Shown one piece after another: positions 35,971-50,049 of a stretch of 64,000 nt of DNA; the first letter of the stretch is position 1; every line of letters starts with the position of its first letter. Under the pieces are notes generated by a model. It ran no database searches. It worked only from the letters and a program-made list of their open reading frames with translations, and had not been told where the DNA came from. Origin of the DNA: Hydrolagus colliei. Lineage: Eukaryota. A program made the position numbers and the translations under genes. The stretch covers positions 7,440,001 through 7,504,000 of the forward strand of contig CM068745.1 in the NCBI GenBank assembly GCA_035084275.1. Direction: 5' to 3'.

Positions 35971-38959
35971 TATTATCGAATTATTGCAAAATACTTTTAT
36001 TTAGTATTACATATTCAGAGAAATTCTACATTTCCATGAACAGAGAAGATACAAATTATTTCAAATGGGGAAAGCCGCATATCTTAAATATAGTTTTTGA
36101 TCAATATCTAAATTTGTCTTTAATATTCAGAGGTGGAGCTGGGATACTATCATGGGAATTCTTTTACTAAGTGGTATGTGTGTGTGAGAAGTGAAATGCT
36201 CCCACAATCATGCTGATTTCGTTTTAACAACAGAAATACCAGCAACAACTTGCAGTTATATATCCCTTAAAGTTGGACAATGTCTTGGAGTGCTTCACAA
36301 TGATACAGTTTGATATCAAGCTGGGGGAATGGAAGGTGGGAAAAGGGACCTGGCTTTTTCAAGGTAGGTTTTAAGATATGACTCAAAGACAACAACAAAA
36401 ACTTGCTCTTATATAAACGGTGTCTTTGGGTTGTTATCGGCATCCTGGATGACTTTGGAGTGCAAGTCGGTTTGGGCCTATGAAAGGGAGGCAATATTTG
36501 CGGAGATGCTCGAGCGACAGATAGCGGTGAATCGTGAGACTGGATTTCTGCCATCTGCACTCGAGCAACCGGGCTGATGAAGAGTGATGAAGAGGCAACA
36601 AGATAAGTGGTAGAGTGAGTGAAATCCAGAGATTAAGGGGAGTAGCATGAAAACTCATTTACAGCTTGTGGAACAAAGGGCATGGCATAGGACATACAGC
36701 AAGCCCAAGTCAGCCAAGATGGACTGGGTGAGCAGAAACGTAATGTAGAAAAAGATCAGAGTGATTGGGTAGTACTACAGTTGGAAGGGATTTACAGGAC
36801 CTTGTAATCGATCCACAGGGAGATAGTGTTGTTGCCTGATGAAAACTGGGTGACTGAATACTATTCTATCCCGCATGCACATACCTAAGACAGTCTACTC
36901 AAGACTTTTTTCAGTGAACATTTCAAAGCCTAAAAAAAATCAAATTGACCTGCTGGAATCTGTCAGCTGGTTCGGTTAGTCATCTGATTTCTCTGCACAA
37001 ACCAGTTTCTCTGCAATAATGAAATTCGGCAATCTGCTCCAGGGTTATGAACCCTAGATAATGGGTCCCATTGTGCCTTTTGTAGGCAGCAAGAAAATTC
37101 TGACAGTCTTTTTCACAGAAAGTACGGAAGGGTAATATTTCTAAAGGTATATAAGTGCATTGTCCTATTGTCAGTATCAGTAATAATCCAGAAACACTAG
37201 ATGGCAGTGTCAGAGGTTATTGCAGACCTTTACACATCAACCAGATGACTGCTTTCTTGAAAAACACATTAGCAAATAAGGTTTCCGGTGCGTCAATTCT
37301 ATATAATCACCTTACAATCAAGTGCAAGGTTCAATGTTTGCAGTACCCTTTCCACTGACTATTAGATTGATCATTTGATTTGAAACCTGCTGTTAAATGA
37401 ATTCTTTTTTGACAAAGAATATGTACAATTTTAGTGTGTTTTACCTCCTACACCATTTATTCACCCGTGTACTTTATTTCAGCAATTCACCAAATTGCAT
37501 CTTGCCACAAATAATAATATGTCATGATTAACATTTCGGCAGATCAGTTAGTATATTTGCAGATATCCTCCCAATATTTCAGAGTTAAGCATTTCTGCTG
37601 AGCCTTTAACAGTTTTCAGCAAACAATTGAATGTAAACTAATGATACCTTTTATAAATATTGGTTTTCAGCCCTGACTTAACCATGTAGTGTGTTCTACA
37701 ATAGAAAGTCTTGTAACATTCAAAATCCCGATTGTATAAATGGAAATTGCTTTGAGCGATGTATCAAACACAATGTGCCAGATTTAATTAGTTATCATAT
37801 CATGCCTTACATCTAAGCAAACAATCCTTGAATGTTCTGCATTAGTGTATAATGGGCAATATTACTGAGGTATTATTGATAGCTGAATCAATCGATAACA
37901 CTTTAGACTGCTTTATGCACATACGTTATAATTTTGACTACTTTTTTCCACAGATTAAGATGGATTTTTTAAAAAAATACAGTTGCTCAATGTGTAATAA
38001 ATAAATGGAAGCGTGTCCATATGTATACAATAGTAATGCAAATGCATTGGACATAATTACCGATACCTAGTTTTGCTGCTTACATTGCATTTAATAGAAT
38101 AGCTGGGTTACTGTATCCAAGTTTTAATTGATACATAACATTTATCTTCACTCGTGTTTTATCTGTCTGATAATAGAGTGCAGAAGAAATCAACATTACA
38201 AATGTAATCATTACCGGTAGTTTGAACATCAACATTACATTGAAAGCTGAAGCAATGAGACTAAAGCAGTTGCAGCAGTAGCATGTTTAGAGAAGTATTT
38301 TGCAGTAACCGAATGGTTGATAGAATCTGAAACCCAGCTTGGATTTGGGTAAAGACGTGCTCAGTATCAAACTGAATTTGTTTATGTGGACTCTGAAGCT
38401 GCTAGAACATGGCAGAAAGGCTTGTACACTCATTTGGGGCTGGAAATATCTAACGGATTTAACCTCAGGTCATAGTCCTATCAATGTAAGATTGTGCGTT
38501 ATTTTGAAAGAGCCTTAAATTCAGTTTTCATGTGATGCTTTAACTAAAACTGCAGAAAACTAGTTGAGACTGAATTGAAGAAATTTCCAAAATTTACAAT
38601 TGTAAATTTTAAGGGTTTACATTTAACAACATAAAATATTTTAAGTCCATTTATGTGAAGCCAGTCAGGTCCAAGCTGAATTATACCAACTCTCTGATCG
38701 CCAGTCAAACTACTTTATTCTCAAGCTACATTCCAGGAAACTCACAGGAAGTTCCTTGTACCTATCCACTAAGTGAGGCCTCAAACCCATGCTTGTCAGA
38801 TAACGAACCACCAACAAGTGACTATTCTTCTTGCGTGGGAGGTAAGCTGAACTGGCTCCCAAGGTGACATTCCTGGCAACAAAATGTCAGCATCGAGCCA
38901 GTCAGCTATTGCAGTCTTGGTAGTCTACGACTCTACATCTGTGACCTCCACAAACCTTA

Positions 38960-39240
38960 GTAACTAGGCTGCTTCCTCTGCTCAGCAGACACTGGCTGCT
39001 TCATTTCACAGCCCCACCATTGGCGGTTAGGCTTTCAGCATATCTACCCCCCTTCATTGAACCTGAATCTCTAAGATTTCCTTTGACTCATCGCTTCCAT
39101 TGCCTTCTTCAAAGTCTGCCTCAAGATCTTCCTCTTTGACTGTGCTTTTGGTCATATTTCCCCATTCACCCACTCCTCACAAACAAGCCTTGGATTGTTC
39201 AGCTCTGTGGGATGTGCTTCCATTTCAGAACTGTTGCTGT
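38960..39240 (+). mobile_element. Degraded L2 3' fragment
   Basis: CCCACCATTGGCGGTTAGGCTTTCAGC...CTCAAGATCTTCCTCTTTGACTGTGCTTTTGG. Confidence 0.65.
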
Positions 39241-41558
39241 TAGTTTTGAAGTTCCTCTGAGTTTGATGTGGATGTATTCATGTTTCCAAAACAATGTAAG
39301 AGGCAGTAGCTGAAGGGAATATTTACATTGATGTTGTGTGAATCACTATTCAGGCACAGGAGAACAGCACAGTTCAGCTTCATCTTGTCCTTACCTGGCA
39401 TTGTGAGGATGTAGAATAAAATGTGGTGGAGTGAAAGTCCATTATGGGCCTCAAGAGGGAAGTTGACATGGATATGAAATTCAGAGGCTTAAAGGGAGGT
39501 ATGGGAATTCAGCAGGGTAGCAAGATTGAAAGAACAGCTTGCTCTGAGAGCTGGTGTAGACTTGAAAGGTCTTCTTGAGTGGCATCCTTTCTTAACTTGT
39601 TTTCAATTGCAGCAACTCCACTTTGTTGAAGAGTTCATGGAAGAGCAACATAGTTGAATCAAAGGCTCCAAGTTAAGTGAGATTCAAACAACTAATCTCT
39701 TATTTACTGAGGAAAGGAAGATTGAATGACGACATGGTTCAGGTCTTCAAAACTCTGCGAAATGTGAATAATTTAATTGATTATTTCATTTAGAGGTGTA
39801 ACTGCAGGACTGGAGCAAGACTGAGTGAGATGAGAGGCATATCACGTGTTATGAGTGGGAGATTAAAGGGCTTTCATCTTGAAGTCTCAGTATATGTAAT
39901 TTGATGTATTAAAAATAACTTTGAAGAAGATGCATAAGTGTGTATGCTGGGGATGCAAAATGAAGGTTGTCTTTAAAATGTTGTCAGACGCTTTTGAATG
40001 CTACATGAATAAGGTAAACGTAGAGTCAGGTACAATTCCTCCCCAATAATGTTTACTATTATAATAATAATCAATATATATAGTATAGAAGAATAATAAT
40101 CGATACATTTAGTAGAGAGGATATCTCATAGCTTGTCTGGAAAAATGCAGTGTTTGCATATTGTCGGTGTGCACAGCAATATCACACAAACAGCTATGAA
40201 GTGAATGACCAAATTATGTCTTTCACACATCTCTTCTTTCTACAAGCAAACCATTTATTTCAGGTCTGAAGCTTTTTTTTTGAGCTGTGAACTGTTACCG
40301 TTTCAGATACCCTTACACAACATCTCTTTTTGATTCAATATCGATCAGATTGCATTTCAGTCTGATTGCCGCTGATAGGAAAGTGTCCAAGATATCAACA
40401 CAAACTGAGTACTGTACATGGAATTTAGAAGAATAATAACCCTCTGTATTTGATTTAGTGGTTTTCACACAAGAAGGACTTTTCAAAGTGCTTGAAGTTT
40501 AATGATTTATATATCTTGTAGACTTTTAGATTGTAAAAACAAATAACATAGATGTAAATGAATAACATTAAATATGAAATGTCTTCTAAATGGATTTTTA
40601 TCTAACTGGATGAGGAGGAGACAGTGCTTTACATTGGAAGTATTTTACCTTCATATCTCCAGGTCAGTAATGAAAGATGATGTACTTTCGACTTGCGAGT
40701 TTAACCATAATTCCCGAGTGGCTAGTAAATTTTCCAGTCGTTCAATATATTTCTATTCCATAACTGACAATGACAGATTCTCTATCTATACAAAGGATCT
40801 ACCTGCAATCCATGACTTACTTACTGCTGGTTTCGAGCTCAACAGTAAATACTTTCTGATGCATTGGGGTCGATATTGTGATACATTTGATATTTCTAAC
40901 ATCAGATGTGCAGGAAGCACATGTCTGTGAAGGCAGCCCTAGGGCGTTGGATTTGCAGATCACCTGTTCGCAAGATACTGTTTTACCGAGCAGAATAGCA
41001 AGTAGTTTGCTCGCTTGTCAGTCAAAGGCCACCACCTAATATTGCATATAGCTTCATGGGTCTTATCATTAAGAATAGTGCTAGGAGGCAGGCCCACTTC
41101 TGACATAGTCCATGTGGTAAATATTAAATGAATGCCAAATTGAAGCAGTATGTTGTAAGATGGTAGTTATCACATTGCATTTTGCAAAAATAAGTTAACC
41201 CTTACAAAAATGTGGAGCAGTTTACTTGACTGGTTGCTAGCACTGTCTATGACTTTACGTGGTTGTGTCACTAGTTTTCAATACAACAACAACAACTTCA
41301 ATTTATATAGCGTCCTCCACACTGGACGGCGTCTCAGAGCGCTTACATATATGTGAAAGATTAGCCTGGCCGGATCTATTTCAGGTCTTTCTCAATGGCT
41401 ATAAAATCAGCCTCAGAAGCTGATTTTTTCCCCCTAAATATTATGTCTACTTTCAAAACGGAGTTAATCTACACACAAATAATTGATTTGTTGGGAGTCG
41501 TATTGGCTTTTCTGTGGGACAAGATAATTATTTTCATCTGAAGTGATATTTGAGACTT

Positions 41559-41891
41559 GGAGCTCCTGTAGCTCAGTGGTTAGAGGACTCGCCTTACAAG
41601 CGTGAGACCTGTGTTCGAATCCAGGCAGGTCAGGGCGAAACCTTGGGCAAGTTTCCTTACTCCACACGCCTAATAATAATCTGTCCAAAAAAAACACCAT
41701 AATAAAAGTTGGTCATTTCAATCCATGACTGTTTGTGGGATAATACTGTGTGCAATTGGCTGCCACATTTCGCCCACACATATACAGTTAATTCACTTTA
41801 CATTATACAGTATCCTGTGAAGCACTTTGAGACGTCGATAAAATGTGAAAAGCGCTGTATAAAATGCAAGGATTATTATTATATTATTATT
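41559..41891 (+). mobile_element. tRNA-derived SINE, full length
   Basis: Near-collinear with 24659-25007. Confidence 0.92.
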
Positions 41892-42122
41892 TTAATTTTT
41901 AAACTGTGGTATCTAGTTCTGTTCTCATGTTCCAATTCAAATAAATTACTTACAAATGTATTATCTTTGCCTCTCATAATTTGGGATCCGTTTTCAATGA
42001 GCCAATGTTATTGTGTGAGTTAGCAACAAACCAGGTTGGGCTGCATCAGTTGAGCTCAAATGCCCAGATGTCATACTGCATGCAATTCTGATCACCATGA
42101 CTTAAATGGCTCAGGCCTACAG

Positions 42123-43071
42123 TAGGGTCCGGCGATATATCGACATATCGCTAAAACCCGGTATGATTTTCATATCGATACTCCGATACAGGCATTTCAA
42201 AAATATCGATATATCGAACAATCGATATATCGAGGTGAAAAATCGGAATGCACGCACACTGAACTACAAGACCCAGAATGCTCATCTCTATACACAATGC
42301 ACAGACCGAGGTGCAAAGCCGCCATATTGTATTCATAGTCCTCGAATACAATATATAGGTATGCAAGGGGTGGGGGGGGCGAGAGAAGGCTGTGGGGGGG
42401 GGATGAAGGGGAGAGAGACGGCTTGGGGGGGGTGAGGGGGAGAGAGACGGCTGGGGGGGGATGGAGGGGGAAAGAGACGGCTGGGGGGGTCGGAGAGGAG
42501 AGGGACGGCGGGGGGGGGGGGGTGGGGGGAGAGAGATGGCTGGGGGGCATTGGGGGGAGAGGGATGGCGGGGGGGGGGGGGAGAGACGGCGGGGGTGGGG
42601 GTGGGGGAGGGAGAGAGAGATGGCTGGATGGGGGGAAGGGAGAGAGAGACGGCTGGGGGTGGTGGGAGGGGAGAGAGACGGCCTGGTGGGGGGTGGGGGG
42701 TGGAGAGAGACGGCTGCGGGAGTGGGCGAGGGAGAAAGAAATGGCTGGGGGGGTTGGGGGGGTGGAGAGAGACGGCGGGGAGGGGGGGGGGAGAGATGGG
42801 GTGGAGGTGATAATATACAGATAGATAGAGATGGGGGGGATGTGAGAGAGACACAGAAACACAGACAGAAAAACACAGAGATGGAGAGAGTGAGAGACAC
42901 AGAGAGAGAAAGATATTTACCTCCTTAGGAGATAGGCCCCGAATGCGCATGCACCCGGAATGCGCGCGTATGTTCAGTACGAAAAACCCGGAAATATTGA
43001 TATTTCGGAATATCTCGATATGAGCCCATCAGTATATCTAAATTGGAAAATTTCCATATCGACGGACCCTA
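42123..43071. mobile_element. Non-autonomous hAT transposon
   Basis: TIRs TAGGGTCCGGCGATAT and ATATCGACGGACCCTA; perfect 8-bp TSD GCCTACAG (42115-42122, 43072-43079); multiple subterminal CGATAT/ATATCG motifs. Confidence 0.92.
42365..42810 (+). repeat. G-rich minisatellite (GGGAGAGAGACGGCTGGGGG-like units)
   Basis: Tandem imperfect units with long G tracts inside the hAT element. Confidence 0.9.
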
Positions 43072-46000
43072 GCCTACAGGCAGTGCAGAGAGAAGAAACT
43101 GAGGGAACCAGTGACATAAGTTTAAAGTTGCAAAGGTCAATTTCAGGATGTTCACCAGGAAGTTTTTCTTTACACAGAGGGTCATTAGCCCTGGAACAGA
43201 TTACCAGGAAAGCTGGTTGAGGCTAGAACACTGAACAATTAAATGCAGCACAATGTTATGATGGAAAGATGGTCAGGTTGGTATTCTAGAGGGATGAGAT
43301 CAAATGGGTTAATGGACCTTCTTCATCCAAACTGGGTAAGATATGCTCTGAAGCATGTTACGAGCTGGATGACAGCATCTCAATCTTTGGATATATCAAG
43401 TCAACTATCTTGTAAAGTCGCTAATATCTGGTAGCAGACTATAATCAAGCTGGTCCACCCCAGCTGATACCTGGAATGTGATTATTCATTTTATTGAAAT
43501 ATTTCATCTAAATAGTCATTTGTGCTATTGTGGATTTTTACTTAAAACTGACTACAATGGTTCGTGGGGGAAAGTTTACCAGTGAGTACAATATGGATTC
43601 AGCCTTCCTGAAGTAAGCATTGGTGCAATATGCACTTCATCAAGTTCTGCGTTTGTTCACCAGCCTTTCGTTACTGGCAATGAATTGCTTTCTAGAGCAG
43701 TCAATAGTTAATCAAGTTTTCCATTGCAGTTGGCAGTTGTGAATACATTGAACAATGTTGTTTTAGTGCAGAGAGATTGCTATGTAACATATACTCCCAT
43801 TTCAGCTTGAATTCCTCTGGAGAGCATAGCCTTGGTAACTCTATTTCATGGTAAGTAGTCAACTGTATATTATCAAGAGAAGAAAACACTATTATAATTC
43901 TGAAATGAATACTCTGCCTGGTGCGAAGAGCAACCTAGAGCCAGTTACACCTGTCAATCCCTGACAGTTCAGTTAGGAGTACACTTCACTGAGTTTGTTC
44001 TGGAGTGAAGTCAAGCTGGGTCTGTCCCGAGTTGGTTGTGCAGGTCTTGCCTCGCACCTCTAGCGCATGCTTTGAATCCCAATTGAGCTAAAATATGCAC
44101 GTTCGTACCGATCTGAACTTGGCTTATTTGAAGCTATACGGGATTCAGGTCATCTTCGGTTTTTGTTAAACAACTGAAGACAACTGTGAATTCTATGGTG
44201 TGTTCATTCCATCAGTTTCACCAATAATGTGTCTTTATCATGATCAATGTGCACGGTTACTGAATCATGATTGTTTTCCTTGAGTCTATGGGGTAAGTTG
44301 AAGGTATTCCATGAATTAGCACTGGCATTACTTTGAAGAACACATTGAAGCATACCATAAGTATTCCTTCTATTTCCCTACTGCTGTATTTTTCTTCTGT
44401 AGCAGAGTGAGAAGATACCACTAAAGCAACAGTTCAATGGTTACAGTTGATTTTAGGCACCTGATTAACCAATATGGCTCACTTCATAATGGGCATGAAT
44501 ATTAAATATTTTTGTATGTTTGATTACCTCAATGCGAATTAGTTTAAAAGTAATTTCCCCATTTAAAAGGCAGGACCAATCAATATTTATGTTTGGCATA
44601 ACCAGTGAGCGTCAGTGAGCTACCAAAGTAGGGTTGGCAGAGGCCATTATCATCATTATTAATATTATGCCCATCACAGGCAAGCCTAGAATTATGCAAT
44701 TAAGTTCAAGATAGGAACTTCTAGCTGAAAAATATTGTCAAAGAGTTAGCAAGCAAGTATTTTGTTTTATGACATTGATGGTTAGTTTGGGGTGGATTTG
44801 CTGGAGTTGGGATTCACAAGCCGTAAATCTTGCAAACCTTCAAGGTAGAATAAACAGAAAAGTCCCAATTTGTGAATATCACAGGTTACATCCATTGTTT
44901 GTGGCTCTTCACAAGTTCAGAAATCGAGCTAAATATTCTCAGTGCAAGTAAATCTCTTTTGTATTTAGGTGCTCACTAGTCTGCCTGCATGTATTTTGGT
45001 ACCTAAAGCATTCTGTACTTTCTTAGTACAATATGATCGTTAAAAATCCTGCTTTGAATGCACATTGTTTTCCGAATAACTGTAATAGGATTCTCACATA
45101 GTTCAGGAGAATTTGGAGGTCCTCAGCATTTCTAAGTGAATTTAAATGGTGACTGACAAAAGGTAATTAAAACGTGTACTCCCAACCCATATAATTATTA
45201 TTTTGCCAGCCTAATGTCAGAGCAATATATTAGCGGCAGCTTCCACCCTCCTGACTTTGTTGTAATTATTAGCCTGAATTGATTGTGTGCCATTATGCTG
45301 GTGCTTCAGAACTAAATAGTGTAATTTAATTTCTTGCATTGTCTCCCGAGTTCTGCGGAATGAGGATAGCAAGCGAGAGCAGCAAACAGATCCTGGCAAT
45401 GGTTTCACGGTGATGTAAATAACAGCAGAGAGTCATGTGATACGCTTCTCTTCACTCAGTTGGAATTGACAAGTGTTTGAATTTTCACATGTCGGCTGTG
45501 GTAGGTACAATCAGCAGCTGTGATGGACTGGATGATTTGTGAAAGAGACTGTCAAATTCTCTAAGGTTTAACCCTGGGAGAAGGAAAAAGGCAGAATCTG
45601 AGGCTTAAGCTGATTTATTTTCTCAGCTGAAGAGGATAGGAGTGGTGTAAGGTGCTTAACATTCTGCCCCATGTTCTCACTTTTGCAGTAGCTCTATGTT
45701 CATGGACTTAATTAGATAGTGCTTCACATGAGTATGAAAAGGTCATTCTGTGATGTTTCATGCTATAGCAGCAGAGAGCTAACCGGGCAACTCTTTAACC
45801 AGAGACCAGCTTCCTGGGTATGCAAAAGAATTCTTCCTGAAACCTGCAATGAAATGTCACATTAAATGGTTTGCCAATAAGATTGCTATTAAAAATCAAT
45901 GTGCTTGCTTGAAAGGAATTAATCCACATCAGTGTTTGTGATCCCCTCTTTATTTGGGCGAAAGAAGCCAAACAAGGAATGCAACAAATTTGATCTATCC

Positions 46001-46442
46001 ATCCAATTATTAACAGCTTTCTCATTCAACTTGCCAGTTACTCTCTTGCATCAATACCTGACATCTCACTGAGGTCAGTGTGGAACTCTTCATCGTTTAT
46101 GACAACTTTCACAGGAAGATATTTCATTATCTCCAGGTCCATTCTAATTACTTTTGGCTGCAGGTTTCAATCTGTGTGAATAAATTCAGAATTTATTCAG
46201 CTGCGTGCACTCACCTATAAATTAATGTGGGGAGACAGCTTTTGCAGAAGAAGCCATTTTGCATTAGCTTAACCTCAATAAAAGTTATTTTGCAGCAGGA
46301 AGCTCCGGCTCTAAAAGAAGCAAACATAGATTAGATAATGGAAAATTGTTACTGCTTTTTGATTCTGTACTTGTATTTGCCACTTGCTGCAATCAAAATG
46401 CTGAACATAGACTGGTCACAATTCTCTTTCCAGTGTATATGT

Positions 46443-46592
46443 GTTGAAGACCTTTCTCTTCGACCGAGCTTTTGGTCACCTTCCTGCCCCTGCTCCTGGC
46501 TCGGTTTCGGGATCCGCTACTGTGAAGTGCTCTGAGACGCCGTCTGGCGTGGAGGGCGCTATATAAATCAAAGTTGTTGTTGTTGTGTTGTT
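46443..46592 (+). mobile_element. L2 3' end
   Basis: Reverse complement of the 1-130 and 9604-9750 tails; (GTT)n end. Confidence 0.88.
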
Positions 46593-47479
46593 AAGGTAGC
46601 ACCAGTAGAGATTGTTTATGTGATGGCTCCACAATGCCAAAATACACCTAATGGATTAACTAACTCATTTTAAATGTTGTCCACTTATTCATGTTCGTGT
46701 TGCCAGTGATTGTGCGGGGTGGGGGGGGGATGCCAGGGATGAATGGCGCTGCACCCAAAGTGACTGCATTTGATTTTGTCTCTTCTCGCTCGTCTCTTCT
46801 ATGTTGACATTGTATAGTTGGCCGCTGTCTTGCCTCACCATCAAAAAAAACGAGCGCTGACGCCACACTTTGAGAATTCAATTCTGGTTGATGCTTCAGT
46901 GCATTCCGGGGGGAGATTAGCATAGTCAGACAGCAACAAACTACATTTACATAATAACCAACTGTACCATTGCAGGTATGCTTGCAACCAGTTGAATCTA
47001 ACCTGCCTTCTCACTTTAGTCTGACACTTTTATTTCTCCTTGAAAGACTTCATCTTTGCTTGTTCGGCATCTTTCTTTATCCTTTAAGATTAAGGAAATG
47101 TGCCATTGAAAAATATGCATCCCTTATTCACATATTTGCGCACATATCATTTTGGGATGACTGCTCTTGTTGGGAGTAGTCAATGGAAGTACTCTTGTTG
47201 GGAGTAATGTTGTTGGGAGGACTCCTTGTTGGAGTCCATACAGGTGTGATGAGCTTGTTTATGTCATGGTAGAAGAATCCCCCCCCAAGAAAAAAACCAC
47301 GAATCTCTGCCTTGCAAGAGCTTTCCAATGAGGTATAAATCATGTTACTACTTCAGTCGGTTAGACAGACACACATTTTGTGGGCATATTTCAAGTTGGC
47401 GCGACTTCCCAGGTGCGGAAATTTAATCCTTTGGATAAGATATTCAACTGAGGTTACTGCAGCATTGCCCCCACAAACA

Positions 47480-47770
47480 TCCATGAAGTCTTTATTTTTA
47501 ATCTTTTTTTTCCTGGCCAACAAAAAAAACACCGGGAGAAACTTCTCTTTTCCAAAAATGCCACTGATTCTTAATGTCCAACTAAACGCGAACGAGATCT
47601 CAATGTCTCATCCGAAGGATGGCACCTATAACAACACAGCACACCTCCTGTGCTGCGTTGGAATTTTAGCTTCTACTATATGGAGTTAAAAGTCTCGACA
47701 TGGGCCTTGACCAAACAAGGTGTTTGACTCTCTGGTGAGTGCGTTACCAACTGAGCCAAGCTGACACCAG
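47480..47770 (-). mobile_element. DeuSINE-type SINE
   Basis: AATGTCTCATCCGAAGGATGGCACC...TTACCAACTGAGCCAAGCTGACAC head. Confidence 0.65.
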
Positions 47771-50049
47771 TTTGTTGACTGTAAGTAGTGAACAAACTAT
47801 CTGTCCTGTTCTATTATCTAGTACACTGGTCAGTGAATCAAAAAAACTGGTCAGCTGGAGTAACATTGTGAAACAAAGCATTGGAGCTAAGTGAGCAATG
47901 CATTGAACAGTGGGTTATGAGTTCACACCATTGATTTCCCCAGATGACGTTTTTTGACATTAGATCTGCCGACATGTCCAGACCAGAAAATGATTGAGTG
48001 AAAGTAAAGAAAGCCTTGTTACTTGTTAGTGAATCTATTGCTTTACCAAAAGAAAACCAATTAAATAACTATTTTAAGACAAAAATAATAAAAAGTCAAC
48101 TGATTTTTTAAGTTATGAAGCTAATATTTACTGTTTACAAGGCATAGGAGAGTCATATTTTTACCCTGCATGGGATGAACCCCATTGTTGGAGAGAAAGA
48201 ATCATTCACAGTGTTTTCAAACCATCGTGTGTGTGCTCTCTCATTGTCTCTCTCTCTCTCGACCTGTATCTATCTGGTGCTGGTATTTCTGTGTTGGGAA
48301 AAATCACAAACCTGGTGTTTGTATGCACTCAACTAAACATGTTTTACCAACATTGCCTCTCTACATTGGATCTCTGCAGATAAGTGGAAGGATCATTGGT
48401 TGACTTTCAGTCAGCTTCTTGGCACTTTGTTGTAAAATAGAGTTGAAAAAAGCACATTTTATTAAATAACTTGTATCTGTGTTTTCAAATCCTCTAATGT
48501 TGTAAAGTTTCAATGAGACTGCAACTCCAGTTAAAATCACAGTGTTTATGCTGGAGTAAAGTCTCAACTGTGCGACTGGAATTGTCGCATTAGATCCAGC
48601 GTTCAGCTGTTGAGGACAGTTCTAAACTGACCCCAGCTATTCAATTCAAACCCAGTTTAGAAGCTTGGTCATCAAAACCAACAGCACAGACCTGGCTCCG
48701 ATCCACATCTGTCATCCTTTCTGTTTTGGATTTCTGGAAGAGCCAAACATCTTCTTATGGTCCCATTGAAGTGAGACAGACTTTAGGGATCAGTACAACA
48801 CTGACCCCTAGTGCCAGCTAAGTCCTATATAAAAGTACCGCTGTGATATGGAAGGTCTCGGAGAAGTGCGAACCTAGGCCTACAGTTGCATTTTGGCAAA
48901 GGAGGAATAATTCATCTGCAGATCAATAATTCATTTCCATTTGTTTTTTACTTTGTGTGAGAAACACCCTCTCTATTTAAACTAATAAATATCCTTTATT
49001 TAAGCAAAGCAAATACATTTGCCTGTAGATCTATCCCTGCAATAGCAATTCACATATAGAAATGTTTGGTCTTCTTCAAGGAGAATTTCTCTTCATTTTC
49101 TACAGTCTGGTATATACAAATTGCTGACCTCTTGGGAAAAAATACTGAAGCAGGCAACTGGCTTTGATGGCAAAGTGAGACTGCTGTTTTCAATCAAGAT
49201 TCATTTTGCCCACATATATACAGTCAGTTCACATTACAGTATATTCTGTGAAGCACTTTGAGACGTCTAGAAGATGGGAAAAGAGCTATATCAAATGCAA
49301 AGATTATTCTTATTCTTTATTGCTTGCTTCTGCATCTAAGATCCGTGCATATCATTACTACCTTGAACTGAGTTAATGATAATCTGCTGATTAAATTCAT
49401 GTTTTCTTTGTTAAATCTTGTAGAAAACAATGTAAGCTCTGAACTTCTCATTTGAAACAATCTGTCAAGATATCTGAGGGAAATTATGCAGTGAGAAACA
49501 CTCTTGTCAGGTAATGTGATGCTTTTAAATTTGTTATCGATCTTGCAGTTGTAAATAGCAGTAAATCCCATGATTTTGACCTGCTTTTTGGGGTCATGGT
49601 AAACCTCTATAAGAGGCCAGATCTTCCACACATTTTGTGCAAGTGATGCGATTTCCATGGTAAGTATACACAGTATACCGGGGCCACGGTATAACTGCAT
49701 TTTCTGAACCAGTGTCAGAATGGAATGAGACCACCTTGACGAGGTTGTCTCACAACATGTTAGCTCTGCAATTGCATTTAACTGTAAAGTAAGATTTGGA
49801 CAATCCCTTGGACCTCCTGGAGATCTTAGCCAGTTCCACTGCTCTATTCTAACATTTAGATTAAGTTATGCTCCATGCAAACATCTGTGCTTACATTTTG
49901 CCTACGGTGAGAATGATACAGAACGATTAGTATAACTTCGCAATCTGCCACACAAGGACTGGCTCAACACAATACCTCCAGTGTAATTGAGGCATTAATC
50001 ACGATTTAGTCTTGTAGATATTAGATTGGGTTCTGAAGAAAACTAATAA

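Noticed and set aside
42151-42950. Pro-rich and Gly-rich ORFs
   Set aside because: Translations of the G-rich minisatellite, which is open in most frames.
49317-49700. 127-aa ORF (likewise 9137..9493, 40574..40930, 62864..63403)
   Set aside because: No recognisable domain or convincing splice context; lengths are compatible with chance.
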